NCBI GenBank assembly: GCA_021613535.1
Contig: CP075494.1
Location: 2,294,001 to 2,358,000, forward strand
Direction: 5' to 3'
From: Adineta vaga
Lineage: Eukaryota; Animalia; Rotifera
Length of the DNA stretch: 64,000 nt
Shown one piece after another: positions 50,431-62,347 of this stretch (positions within the stretch are counted from its first letter, which is position 1; each line of letters starts with the position of its first letter). The translations under genes and the position numbers were made by a program. Below the pieces are notes generated by a model that searched no databases, was not told where the DNA came from, and saw only the letters and a list, made by a program, of their open reading frames with translations.

Positions 50431-53156
50431 TTTATTATTATATAATGAACAGTTACCCAATGAGCTTTTTGTAACCTGGGAACATACATGTACATGTATA
50501 TATCCTACTTGTAAGTTTTTTAACTTCTATGCCTATATTCTCACTCTTTCATAAATGAGTAGTTTAAAATGAAATAATTACTTTTGAAATTGAGTTGTCT
50601 GAACATTCATAAACTGATACATTTTTATGCAATTCTCTTTCGCGATGAGATTCTGGAGGTTTTATAACGGATGCGTAATGATCGGAGTCATTGTTCAGTG
50701 AAGATTTATACATTGATTCATTTGAATTATTTTGGATGTTTCTACTGTTGGTGGCTGCTTTAGGCGAAGATGGAACTTGTGTCAAAGTCTGAAGTGAAAC
50801 AAATTTTGTTGAAAAAGAAAACATGAAACAGATATTTCACTTACATCTATAGCGACTGGCTGATTCGAAGAACAGTAATGGCTGGTTGTTTTCTTTGACC
50901 GTCGTTTGATATCTGTCCTTTTGAAATTTTGTGGAACCAAGGATTGATCTTTCGTTGAATTCTAAAAATGTGTTGTGTGTAAGACTGCATATAAAATAAA
51001 CTTGTTTATTAACTATTATTATACATAGTTTGAAAAAAAACGATTTATGCTTCGGTGTAAAGAAAGTAAACACATCTATAATCACGCTCTCAAATAACAC
51101 GTTATTTTGAGTTGGTAATCGAACGTTTTTCTTAACAAAATTAGTTTTGATATAACGAGATAGATTCATAAAAAAACAGTGAAGTACAGTTATTAAAAGT
51201 CTCAATTCTGTCTCTATAATTTTATTTCAAACATACCCTCAGCGTTGATACTCGTATAATCCGATTTTGTGTAATAGGTTCTACAGGAAATTTTAGGACA
51301 TCACTCTTTGACCATGCTTGTTTTCTTAGATGATTTCTAGTAGGAGTCGATTGTATTTGTTCCATATGAAAAGTTTTTGAAAAATAATTCAATTAAAATA
51401 GCGAAAATAATCGAGACAAGAACCAATGTATTTGTACTATTAACTATGCCTTTATTTAGCTACTGCAGCAACTTGCTGATTTTTATGTGTTATCTTGCGT
51501 ATTATACAATAAAAGTACGATGATGTTGCCCTTTTGTTAATAATATAATTCGGAATACATGCGAAGCGGTTCTTTTTCTTTTCTCAACATTATAAGTATA
51601 ATTAAAATCAAAATTTATACGGATTTATTCTACTGAAAATCAAGCGTAACTAGATAAATCGAGAATAGAAGTCATACATTATTTATTTTTGCATTTCTTT
51701 CTTCTTTCTGTTTCGTATTTACGAAGGAAACCAAACTGATTGCACTATTCATGTAACATCTTAAATCTGAGACAAACATCAAAAGATAGATAGTACGATT
51801 TTTAACATTAGTTTTGCCAAAATATATTTCCCGTTTGATCAACAGATGTAAGATAAAAATATCAAATGATATTATAAGAGACGTGTGAGCGAAAGTAGGA
51901 AACTGTATTTTATCATTTGAATAATTGACAATTTCGTAAGAATAATGTAATTTTTGTTTCAAATTGAATAAATTATCAACTAAAGAAGGAGAAAAAACGA
52001 AATGAATCATGACTAAAACTATCTATTGTGCGTTGTGGAAATATTACTGCGTGCTATAAATCAGCAAAGGGAAAAAATCAAATCTGAAAGATAAAATAAT
52101 TTACACATGGGTGAGTTGCAAAATTATTGTACTGTTTTGAGGAGAAAATGGATGGAAATAAATTTTTCGATTTCGAAGCCAATCAATACTGTTCTTAGTT
52201 GTACTATATGAGAGAGGAAAAAGTGCAAAGTTTCCTTGAAAAATCGCTTGAATATGAGGGTTTCACAGATTACGTTTAAAATACTGAAGTTTATACATAG
52301 AAACTGCTTAGCTCTCCTCATTCGTACATCATTCACAACTTCCCTAATATACTGTTCTTTATATTAATTCATTCAGTTAATATGTGTGAATTGTAATAAG
52401 TAAATTATAGTGTGCTAGCACACGTTCTGATAGTTCCTTAAACAGAAAATCAAGTGATATATGTAATGTATGCACATCAGTCTTAGTTATGTGCTAATGA
52501 TCAACAGAAATATCTAAACTTATTGTCTCACAAGAATCTCGTGTGACAACTAGATTTTCAGACTTGATTGGACAATAACTTTTCATCTGAAACAGGCCCT
52601 AGAAATTTTCGATGATTTATTCTATAGAAAAAATCAGCTATCTAAACTTTCTGTATTAAATATCTCGAAATAGGCTAATGAAAGAATCGTGAATTTTTGT
52701 GTGATAGTGGACATCAACTACGAGAGTATGTTCTGTAATTTTCATAAAGATAAGTCAAGAGCAACCTTAGTTACATCCATATGCTTCAATAGATGTGTCA
52801 GGCAATGATATATGGTCTTTACGTTTCATTGATCAAACTAACTGAACCCGGCATTTTTTCCATAATTCTTATCAATGATATAACGTGGTATAATGCTCGA
52901 GATTGTTACTGCTTTTTTTGATATGCTCATAACTAAATCTGTCTTTAGTTGTTATAAGAAAATGATCAAGAACAATAGGATGAAAATATTTAGTTTGAAA
53001 TATTCATAAACAGGTGATGCTGGAGCATTATTTCTATTGATCTAAAATGAGACGAGAAGTTTTTTAAATTACCATACAACTTCTCATTGAGTGTTTTGAG
53101 GCATTTCAATTGTACTTTTCACATAATTAGCTAACTCCTGTGCTTCTTGGAATAGA

Positions 53157-53220
53157 TATTCGAGGGTGTGAGTGAGGATCAGATAATCATCTACACCTAT
53201 AATCGCTACATCCTTAAGAT
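53157..53220. repeat. Telomeric-repeat inverted element copy
   Basis: TATTCGAGGGTGTGAGTGAGGA-core-CTACATCCTTAAGAT. Confidence 0.7.
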
Positions 53221-53962
53221 TTGTCAAAGTGTTTTTAAATGATTAGAAGATTTAACTGTGACGGAAAGAAAAAAAATAGGTAACCATAGTACTTCCGAGA
53301 CAGGTCGTTTTTGATCGAATTCGTATAACAGAATTTTATACAATTCAGATATTTTAGTGCATCGAATGTTTGAAAAGTAATATATCGGGAGACCGCAGGA
53401 TGACCTCAAAACGCATAAAAAGAGCTCGGGTGTAATAGTGTTCAATTTACATCAAATACAGAAAAGTTAGATGTAGTTTTATTTCATAAATCGCGCCGTT
53501 TGAGTATTTGTAAACTTAATGATTATGAAAAATGTCAATCAATAATATATAATCAATATTTTTTTATACATCTATTCCAACTATATAACAGCTGGAATTG
53601 GACAAATTACAAAGAACAAACGGATCAAGCAATAATTCGTAGATATCTTTCAAATTATAATGAAAATAAAGAAAAACTATTTGGTGGAATGGGAGAATGT
53701 AAAAAATCGATTCGTTAATAATGAAGATTTATTAAATATAAATACATGGCTTGGAGAAGGACAATGGGAAATTAGAACTTATTCTTGTTCAATTAATAAT
53801 GAACAAAAACCAAAATACTGCATAAGTTACAACAAAAAACAACCATCGAATAATTATCGTCAAATAAAAAAAGAACTTTTTAACATATCAATAGTTTCTG
53901 ATATATTTATAATTTTTGTATGCTTTAGTTTAAAAAAGAAAATTCCATTTTTTTAAAATCCG

Positions 53963-55977
53963 TTAATATAATTCAGCACTGTTGAGAGAACAACACCCAC
54001 CAGTAACTAAGACTGTTCCATTTAATAAAATTGTTGCTGTATGTTGATATCGTCCAACATTCATATTCTTTGTTGTTGTCCAATTACCTGTTGTTGGATC
54101 ATATAATTCAGCACTGTTGAGATAACCACTACTGCCTTGTCCACCAGCAACTAAAACTTTTCCATTTGATAAAATTGTTGCTGTATGTAAATATCGTGCA
54201 ACATTGATATTATTTACCGTTGTCCAATTACCTGTTGTTGGATCATATAATTCAGCACTGTTGAGATAACCATATCCACCAGCAACTAAAACTTTTCCAT
54301 TCGATAAAATTGTTGCTGTATGTAAATATCGTGCAACATTCATAGTCTTTGTTGTTGTCCAATTACCTGTTGTTGGATCATATAATTCAGCACTGTTGAG
54401 ATAACCACTACTGCCTTGTCCACCAGCAACTAAAACTTTTCCATTTGATAAAATTGTTGCTGTATGTAAATATCGTGCAACATTGATATTATTTACCGTT
54501 GTCCAATTACCTGTTGTTGGATCATATAATTCAGCACTGTTGAGATAACCATATCCACCAGCAACTAAAACTTTTCCATTCGATAAAATTGTTGCTGTAT
54601 GTAAATATCGTGCAACATTCATAGTCTTTGTTGTTGTCCAATTACCTGTTGTTGGATCATATAATTCAGCACTGTTGAGATAACCACTACTGCCTTGTCC
54701 ACCAGCAACTAAAACTTTTCCATTTGATAAAATTGTTGCTGTATGATATCTTCGTGCAACACTCATATTCTTTGTTGTTGTCCAATTACCTGTTGTTGGA
54801 TCGTATAATTCAGCACTGTTGAGATAACCACTACTGCCTTGTCCACCAGCAACTAAAACTTTTCCATTTGATAAAATTGTTGCTGTATGTTGATATCGTG
54901 CAACACTCATATTCTTTGTTGTTGTCCAATTTCCTGTTGTTGGATCGTATAATTCAGCACTGTTGAGATAACCACTACTGCCTTGTCCACCAGCAACTAA
55001 AACTTTTCCATTTGATAAAATTGTTGCTGTATGTTGATATCGTGCAACACTCATATTCTTTGTTGTTGTCCAATTTCCTGTTGTTGGATCGTATAATTCA
55101 GCACTGTTGAGATAACCACTACTGCCTTGTCCACCAGCAACTAAAACTTTTCCATTTGATAAAATTGTTGCTGTATGTTGATATCGTGCAACATTCATAT
55201 TCTCTGTTGTTGTCCAGTCTAAATAAGATTAAATGAGAAAAAATAACTTCCAATTAATTTGAAACAGATATCGTTCATCTGTTTAATACAAAGTAACTGT
55301 TTTCAAAGGTTTATTAAACTTTTCTTTAGTCTCATAAATATATAATTACAACTATATTGAAATTCTTAGATAATCAAAATCTATATCATTGCTTAATAAG
55401 CCTTCTACTTCAATAGATATTATCCACAAGATCATAGCATATATACTTGCATCTCAGCGAGAGTTATTATATTTGCCTGATTCATTTACATTCGACCTTT
55501 TTATATAACATAGGATCCTTTTCTCGTTAGTTAATATTTCAACAAATTACGATGAATGACTTAATACATACTTCGTTCAAGACTCATTGTTGTTGCTGCT
55601 GTTTGACAATAGGTATCTGAGTATGACGGAAATCAGTAATTTGAAATACTCATAATGAAAACAAATTTACTTTGATTATTTCGACAACAAATCACACTTG
55701 CTCGAGTATATTTAGATGCTGTAATATTGCCTGATTGACAATTTTCACCAAACAATAGACAAGTTTTTTCGTCATGATAATAAACAGCTGTTTGACAATT
55801 AACTTGATCAACACATTTCCATATACAAGATTGAATCGATGCATCACTTGAGTTTGTAATATTGTCAAGTAAAGTACAAGAAGAATTACTTTGATAAAGT
55901 GAAGATTGATGAATTTTAGTTAGAATAATTCCATTAATCGAAGAAATAAAAAGAATAAAAATCAAGAGAAAATACAT
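53963..55977 (-). CDS. Secreted PAN/apple-domain + kelch-repeat protein (3 exons)
   Basis: Signal peptide and PAN-like C..C....C....Y....C exon (55977-~55671), a short linker exon, then exon ~55218-53963 with ~9 kelch repeats (RYxHTATILSNGKVLVAGG..SAELYDP). Confidence 0.8.
53975..55215. repeat. Near-identical coding tandem repeat (144- and 135-bp units)
   Basis: Units are almost nucleotide-identical; a 279-bp higher-order unit (135+144) is duplicated. Confidence 0.9.
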
Positions 55978-57353
55978 TTTCACGTACACCTGTATTCTAT
56001 TATGACTGAAGCAAATAGAGAAATGAAAATGTAAAGAAAATGTTAAATTGCATATACACTATTGAATCTTTCATCAGAATCGATGAAAATAAAATAAAAT
56101 AACTTATTGTTTTAGCTGATTTTGAGAATATTTAAACAAGAAAATGTCTACTTGAATATATGTTAATGTTTACTAACTGTTCGGAAGTCTCCGATCAATT
56201 GTAAATTTATTTAAGAAATTATGACAATCAAATATTTGATCGAGAAATGTCATATTCTTTTTTCATTTTGACTACAAAGGAAAACATTTTCATTAAGTAA
56301 TAAGCAACGAGATATTTGTGATTAACATCATTCAATAATGAATATTATTTAACAATTAAATATTGATTATAGTGAAAAAAAGATCTAATTAAACAGTATT
56401 AAATTTTTTTGAAATTTTATAATCTTGAATAAAAAATGATTTTTTCATCTATGCATCATAATTAATATAGTATCAATAACTAACACATACTCCCGTTGGA
56501 GCTAGCTTTTTGCAACTTATCCAGCTATACTTATGGAGGAGTTGTACTTCGTGGAAGAACGAGAATTGTTAAGGATTATAACTCATCTCGTTCGCGCGAA
56601 GGTCTTGTATATGACAAAAATGGAAATGAAATGAAGTTGGAGTTTATGGTTGGTAATTCCTCTAAGATGTGTAGCAAAGCTACCATAGAAACAAAAGGTT
56701 GCAGGGTAACATCTATTTTCAATACACATCGTTCATTGGATCCGTCTAGTAAATATACTACGGTTTCTGCTATGGCTGCTGCCATTGTCGATCAACAAGA
56801 CTGCAATGTGAGATGGGAAAAACTATATAAAGTCGCTGGATTAAAACACGATTGTGTTGGAACAACTAACTAGAAGACGGTTGTTGATGCGTTTAACCGT
56901 ATCTGGTTCTTCTAATGAGCATGGTGGTCATCATATAAATGTTACTCATGTCCTTGACTGCGGATCCAAAATTACGTTGACAAAAGTGATCAAATTCGGA
57001 GACAAATCTATATTAGGTTTTAGTGTACTGAGTACAAAATAACCTTGCATAAATCTAATTACTGAGGGTGAGAATGGCTTTTTTCGAAGTTTTCAGTAAA
57101 AACAAGATTTTTATTGACAAAAAAATGGGTTTCATTTGGACTCGGTTCGAACTTATATGTACCTTTTATATACAATAAATACTTTAAATCACGAAATCTT
57201 TTCATTTTTTAATAGAATACACCCCTATATTCTATTGTTAATTGCTTTTTTTTCCTTATCAGATTAAAAGGATCAATTTAGAACAAATTATTTTTGTGAA
57301 AGAAAAAATACCATTTGAATCGATTTCTTCAATAAAACACGAGTAGAAAAACA

Positions 57354-59147
57354 ATGTGGGCGGAGCTAATTTGTCTTTTTGTGTGTTTCTATCAATCAAT
57401 CACTGTTCATTCTAAACTAATCACTCCTGCAGATGCAAATGCTCTTCAATCATTGATTCATTCTGCTTATTACGATGATAAACTCGATTCAGTTACTCTG
57501 TCACCAGGTATTTATCGTATACCATTCAATGATCAAGCAAATTCCAATATTATTCTTTCCTATCTACGAAATTTTGTTATTAATGCGCAGGATGTCACAC
57601 TCTTAATGTTAGACAATCAAAAACGAGGTATCACCTTTTATAATTGTTATAATGTTACTGTACGTGGAACACTGATTATTCGAAATAATATTATTCCATT
57701 TACACAAGGTACAATCGAATCAATTCAAGGAGATTCATTTATTCTCAATATTCATGATGGTTATCCAACTACGTTGGATGATCCAACATATTTTTCGATT
57801 GAAACACCTTATTATATATTTGATCGTCATACGCGTCGATTGAAAGATAAAACGTACGATTATTACAATCGAAATGTCATTCGAATTGATCATCGTCGAT
57901 TTCGAGTGGCATTTTACATTACTCTAGGATCAGAAATAGAAGTTGGTGATTTAGTTTCTATGCGTGGCAAAGGTAGTTTAGGAATATTGACTGAAATATC
58001 GGAAAAGATGCATTATATTGATGTTATTCTTGAATATGCTGGGAACATGGCCTGGCTTGAAATGGAAGGTATGGGTAACAGTCGATATGAACGAATTGCT
58101 GTTCGGCCTGGGCCCAAACCTTTAGGTGCAACGGAAGAACCATTGATGAGTGCTAATGCTGATGGATTTCATTCTTCGAATGTTTTTCATGGACCCACGG
58201 TTCTCAATTCATTCTTTACTCGAATGCCTGACGATGGTATTGCAATACATGGCGAATATCAAATGATTCGGCAAGTCAATCAAAATATTATAATCATTAT
58301 GAGAAAGTATTCTTGGTTATACTATCGAATGAATGATCGTGTTGCTATTATCGGTGAAGATGGTGTACCGAAAGGTGAAACTCGTGTTCTACGTATACGA
58401 ACATTACCAATGGATTATTTACCATTGATAACACCACCGTGGCCACATTTTCAAAATCATCATTATTATTATGAACTCGAATTAGAATCAAATTTGAATG
58501 GAACGATTGTTCCAAATGATCTCATTTCAGATATTGATCGAACAGGTTCTGGTTATGTGGTACAAGGAAATACAATTCTTAATCACAGAGCTCGAGGAAT
58601 TTTAGTTAAAGCTCGTGATGGACTTATTGAATCGAATATAATTAATGGCAGTTCAATGGCCGGTATTGTTCTGCAACCAGAAATGTGGTGGGCTGAGGGA
58701 AATTATGCTGAACGTGTAATTATTCGAAATAATACATTGATGAAATGTGGTTATGCAACAAGTGATCTATCAACTGAACAAGCAGGTGTTTTAACAATTT
58801 TTGGAACAGGAACATCACCAGTCGCTTACGGGCATGATAGATTAACGATTGAAAATAATCTATTTGTAGAAAATGATGGTCTAAATATGTTACTTGATGG
58901 ATTAGAAAATAGTATCGTTAAAGGAAATTCCTTTTACAATGGACAACATAATGTGAATGATCGTGGAAGTAATCATGGTTGGGATGGTGGGTCATTAATT
59001 TATATCAATCGAGCACAAGCATTAATATTGCAAGGAAATCGAGCATGGTGTTTGGGTAGTGCTCATAAAAGACGTTTACAAATGACGTATTTAGCTACAC
59101 ATATTACTGGTAGTCTGGATGGAATTATTGTACAAAATCATTGCTAA
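57354..59147 (+). CDS. Secreted right-handed parallel beta-helix protein (GH110 alpha-galactosidase-like / pectin-lyase fold), intronless
   Basis: Signal peptide; SANADGFH, DDGIAIHG, HRARGILVK, WWAEG, IRNN motifs typical of bacterial beta-helix glycosidases. Confidence 0.75.
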   Translation: MWAELICLFVCFYQSITVHSKLITPADANALQSLIHSAYYDDKLDSVTLSPGIYRIPFNDQANSNIILSYLRNFVINAQDVTLLMLDNQKRGITFYNCYNVTVRGTLIIRNNIIPFTQGTIESIQGDSFILNIHDGYPTTLDDPTYFSIETPYYIFDRHTRRLKDKTYDYYNRNVIRIDHRRFRVAFYITLGSEIEVGDLVSMRGKGSLGILTEISEKMHYIDVILEYAGNMAWLEMEGMGNSRYERIAVRPGPKPLGATEEPLMSANADGFHSSNVFHGPTVLNSFFTRMPDDGIAIHGEYQMIRQVNQNIIIIMRKYSWLYYRMNDRVAIIGEDGVPKGETRVLRIRTLPMDYLPLITPPWPHFQNHHYYYELELESNLNGTIVPNDLISDIDRTGSGYVVQGNTILNHRARGILVKARDGLIESNIINGSSMAGIVLQPEMWWAEGNYAERVIIRNNTLMKCGYATSDLSTEQAGVLTIFGTGTSPVAYGHDRLTIENNLFVENDGLNMLLDGLENSIVKGNSFYNGQHNVNDRGSNHGWDGGSLIYINRAQALILQGNRAWCLGSAHKRRLQMTYLATHITGSLDGIIVQNHC

Positions 59148-59542
59148 TAGGATGAAATGTACGATATCGAGAACTTGAGAATCAATTTATAACTTCTATC
59201 ACGAAGAATAAAGCAAATGGAGATATGATGATTATTTGAAATGAATGTTATATTTATTGCATCGATGTGTTCACTGTACTGATAAAAAAATTCTTTCTCT
59301 TTGCGCGTTCGTATGAGATTATATTGCATCCAATAAAAAAAGAATCAGTTGATAAATTAAATGATTTTACGATGACAGCTCTTTCTATGTGAATTTATCA
59401 TTCAGCATGTGAACAAAATTCCAATCAATCAATTGGAAAAATTCTTTTAAGGCTCTTCGTCTGACTGCAATGTTTGCAAGAAGAATAACGATGTTAAAAA
59501 TAATAAAAGTCATCGATACGTCCGACTTATGAATAAAAAGAG

Positions 59543-59596
59543 TTAAGGATGTGGGTGTGGGTGTGAAAGAAGAAGCGATGCACTCACCCACATCCC
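59543..59596. repeat. Telomeric-repeat inverted element copy
   Basis: TTAAGGATGTGGGTGTGGGTGTG-aaagaagaagcgatg-CACTCACCCACATCCC. Confidence 0.85.
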
Positions 59597-59672
59597 ATGT
59601 TGAAATTCATTGTTGATACAAATTTTCTGTAGAGAAAAAAACTATGAAAAAAATCGTTTTATTTAATTTCGT

Positions 59673-60740
59673 TTAAATCGCAATACATTCTAGAATCGTA
59701 TCAACATAAAAAGCACTACCCATCAATGGTATAATACGATTTAATTTCAAATGTTCGTTTTCTAATAAAACTTCAAATTCTTCTTTCGTACGAAATTTTC
59801 CACCTAAAAGAACGAGCATATGTATATCCGCCATTTCCTTTAAAAGATTATCTTGATTTGCGTCGCTCGATGAAGTATTAACAACATCAATAATTAAGAG
59901 ATGTTTTCCATTTTGCATGGCTTGACGACAATTTTTCAATAGAATTCGAGCTTCATTGTCAGTTAAACCCATAAAAATATGAGATAAAATATAAATATCA
60001 CCATCATTTGGAATATTTGAAAACATATCACCACCTACAATTGTTAATCGATCCGTTATTGATTTATCCAAATCTTGTAAATTAATCGTATTCGTAACAT
60101 GAGGTAAATCGTACAGAATACCTTTTAAATGTGTATGTTTTCTTAATAAACGGAAAATTAATTCACCAGTACCACCGCCGACATCAACAACAGAACTAGC
60201 ATGAAGAAAACCATCATAAGTTTCTACGAATTTCTCATGTCGTGGTGCCGATGCCATACATTCATTGAATACACTATTTGTTTGTGAATTTTCTCCAAGA
60301 TATTGATAAAAATTCATTTGATACAAACGATCAAATGATGATTGACCCGTTTTAATAGAATCGAATAACGAACCCCAGGTTTGCCAAATTGATGGTTCAA
60401 CCCATGTAAGGACAGTAGATCGCAAAGAATTCGTTTCTAATAATTTACCTAAGGATGTCGAAGAGTAAAAACCATTTTCATCTAGTTTAAATATATTGAT
60501 ATGAATTAATGTACGAAGCAAACGTTCGAGAGATGGAGCATGTGTTCCAGTTAATCGAGCTAATTCGTCGATTTTCATTGGTCCATGCAACGCCAAAAGA
60601 TCGGTAATATTAAGTTTTGTTACAACATAGAGAACTTGTGATAATTGATAACCACGAATCATACTGAGTAAAAGCGATGAATCAGATGGAGAAGATATGT
60701 TTTTCTCCTGAAACGATCTTTCATTTTTATTTGAATCCAT
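59673..60740 (-). CDS. SAM-dependent O-methyltransferase (Methyltransf_2 with dimerisation domain), intronless
   Basis: N-terminal wHTH dimerisation region, VVDVGGGTG, YDLP, GGDMF, GGKFRT. Confidence 0.9.
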   Translation of the reverse strand: MDSNKNERSFQEKNISSPSDSSLLLSMIRGYQLSQVLYVVTKLNITDLLALHGPMKIDELARLTGTHAPSLERLLRTLIHINIFKLDENGFYSSTSLGKLLETNSLRSTVLTWVEPSIWQTWGSLFDSIKTGQSSFDRLYQMNFYQYLGENSQTNSVFNECMASAPRHEKFVETYDGFLHASSVVDVGGGTGELIFRLLRKHTHLKGILYDLPHVTNTINLQDLDKSITDRLTIVGGDMFSNIPNDGDIYILSHIFMGLTDNEARILLKNCRQAMQNGKHLLIIDVVNTSSSDANQDNLLKEMADIHMLVLLGGKFRTKEEFEVLLENEHLKLNRIIPLMGSAFYVDTILECIAI

Positions 60741-61219
60741 ATAACATTCAATGATTTATAGGATGTTTTTTTCTCGTTATGTGTGATCGAAGACGACACC
60801 GATGAGTATATACTTTGGTGGTGGTTGTTTTTTTCCTCATTCCTTTCTCATCGTTGAGTGGGAACGATAAGCACGAATAGAGTGATAGACCCCTAGGTAA
60901 CTCGAATAAAATGAAGAAAAATGTTTGCTCGCATTACAGTGGAGGATAGAACGCATGCATCATCTATTGTGATAGTGAACGTTTGTTCTATTAGGTTTCC
61001 TTTGTTTTCAACAGAGTGCGCAGATTATTCAAAATATTTTACGCTTGTTACAGATTAACTTGTGTTGATGTTATGATCGACAATTAGAGACACGTGTTTG
61101 AAAAAAAATAATCAATCGACGTAATGTTTACGATTGATTCACTTGACGAATCTCGTTCATGCTATGGAGAATTTTTGTGTTCTCATGGTCATCAACGATG
61201 GAAAAGTATTAAAGCATGG

Positions 61220-61412
61220 TGTAACGACAAACTGGTTGAGTAGCTGACCGCTTCTCTCGGTATAGATGTTTATTCGGCTATCTCACATACCCAGAGTGTA
61301 CCCCTCTACAATACAATGCACGCTTATATAGAGAGAGGAAGAGAATACGCATGATTGGGAGAGATGATCATATATTGATAACACCTCAGGGGGTGATATC
61401 TTTATCGTTACA
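61220..61412 (-). mobile_element. Solo LTR (193 bp)
   Basis: TGTAACGA...TCGTTACA termini and a 5-bp TSD CATGG (61215-61219, 61413-61417); TATATAA followed by AATAAA on the minus strand. Confidence 0.85.
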
Positions 61413-62347
61413 CATGGCCCGATTGTGACCAAAACTGTAAGAAATGTTACACACTGGTTTATCCAACCAAACTTTCAAAGAATTTTGTGTTTTTTAACAA
61501 AAAAACTCAATACTTAATTTTAAATTGTGTCAAATAGTTTGAATATAGTGTTTCACGTTCATCTTAACGTCTTTTTGGTTGTTCATCATATTCATTTTAA
61601 GATTTATGTCGGAATTCGTTGGAAATCATGGGTTTAAGTTACTAGGATTCGATTGGTAGACCTGGGATGTTGAAGTGACTACCACCGAAAGTAGACATAT
61701 ACTCTTGATTGTGGCTGAAATCATCCTGGTGACAACTTTCATTATATTTATTAAGAGTCAGAGACATTAGTAACAAAAAAAGTGTAGTCATGACTTAGAA
61801 AGATTCGAAATAGTCTGTTATAGGGACCACAATGAAATCATTTTATATAAGATAGATACCTTTCGGTGATCGAAGGTAAAAAAATGGTACCTCTCATCAA
61901 AAGACGACCACCTTTTCTGAGTCACTTTCGAAAACTTTTGCACTATCGCCTCTAACTGAAGAAAAGTTTTCTGATTACTAAGAGGATGCTCTCTTCCTGC
62001 TCACAATCACGCTACTTTTTTTTATATCAAGCAAGTAATGAAAACATTTGTTTCATAATCAAAAGAAAAAAAAGGAGAAAGATAGTCGCTACATCTATTA
62101 AGCACTACATTAATTCTCTGGCTCTTCTTCGTTTTCTGTTTAGTTCGAAATGTCGATAAATTCAAAGTTTCGAAAAAAGTCGGAAACCAGGAGGAATCAG
62201 GAGGTTTGGCAACCCTGGTGTGGATGCACGTGAATTTTTTCAGTCTTTCTTGGTTTCTAACAATCAGACGAGCACATGCATCGACTTTTGTATGGACATT
62301 TATTTACAATCATTTATAAAACAACATTCAAACCAATTCTACTTCAA

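Noticed and set aside
53500-53956. Two overlapping ORF fragments that look protein-like
   Set aside because: Frameshifted, no recognisable domain, no clear start
56496-57042. 125-aa ORF plus a continuation
   Set aside because: Possibly a pseudogene fragment (stop and frameshift, followed by a short G-arm at 57063), but I cannot assign a family
315-59596. CRISPR array interpretation of the conserved arms with variable cores
   Set aside because: Arms are inverted rather than direct, dispersed kilobases apart and variable in length; there are no cas genes and the context is eukaryotic
7584-60740. Bacterial or fungal contamination as the source of the foreign-type genes
   Set aside because: They are interleaved with intron-containing animal genes, share the base composition, and several carry host-sized spliceosomal introns
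62180-62217. GGAGGTTTGGCAACCCTG resembling a DNA-transposon terminus
   Set aside because: No matching opposite terminus or TSD found in the window
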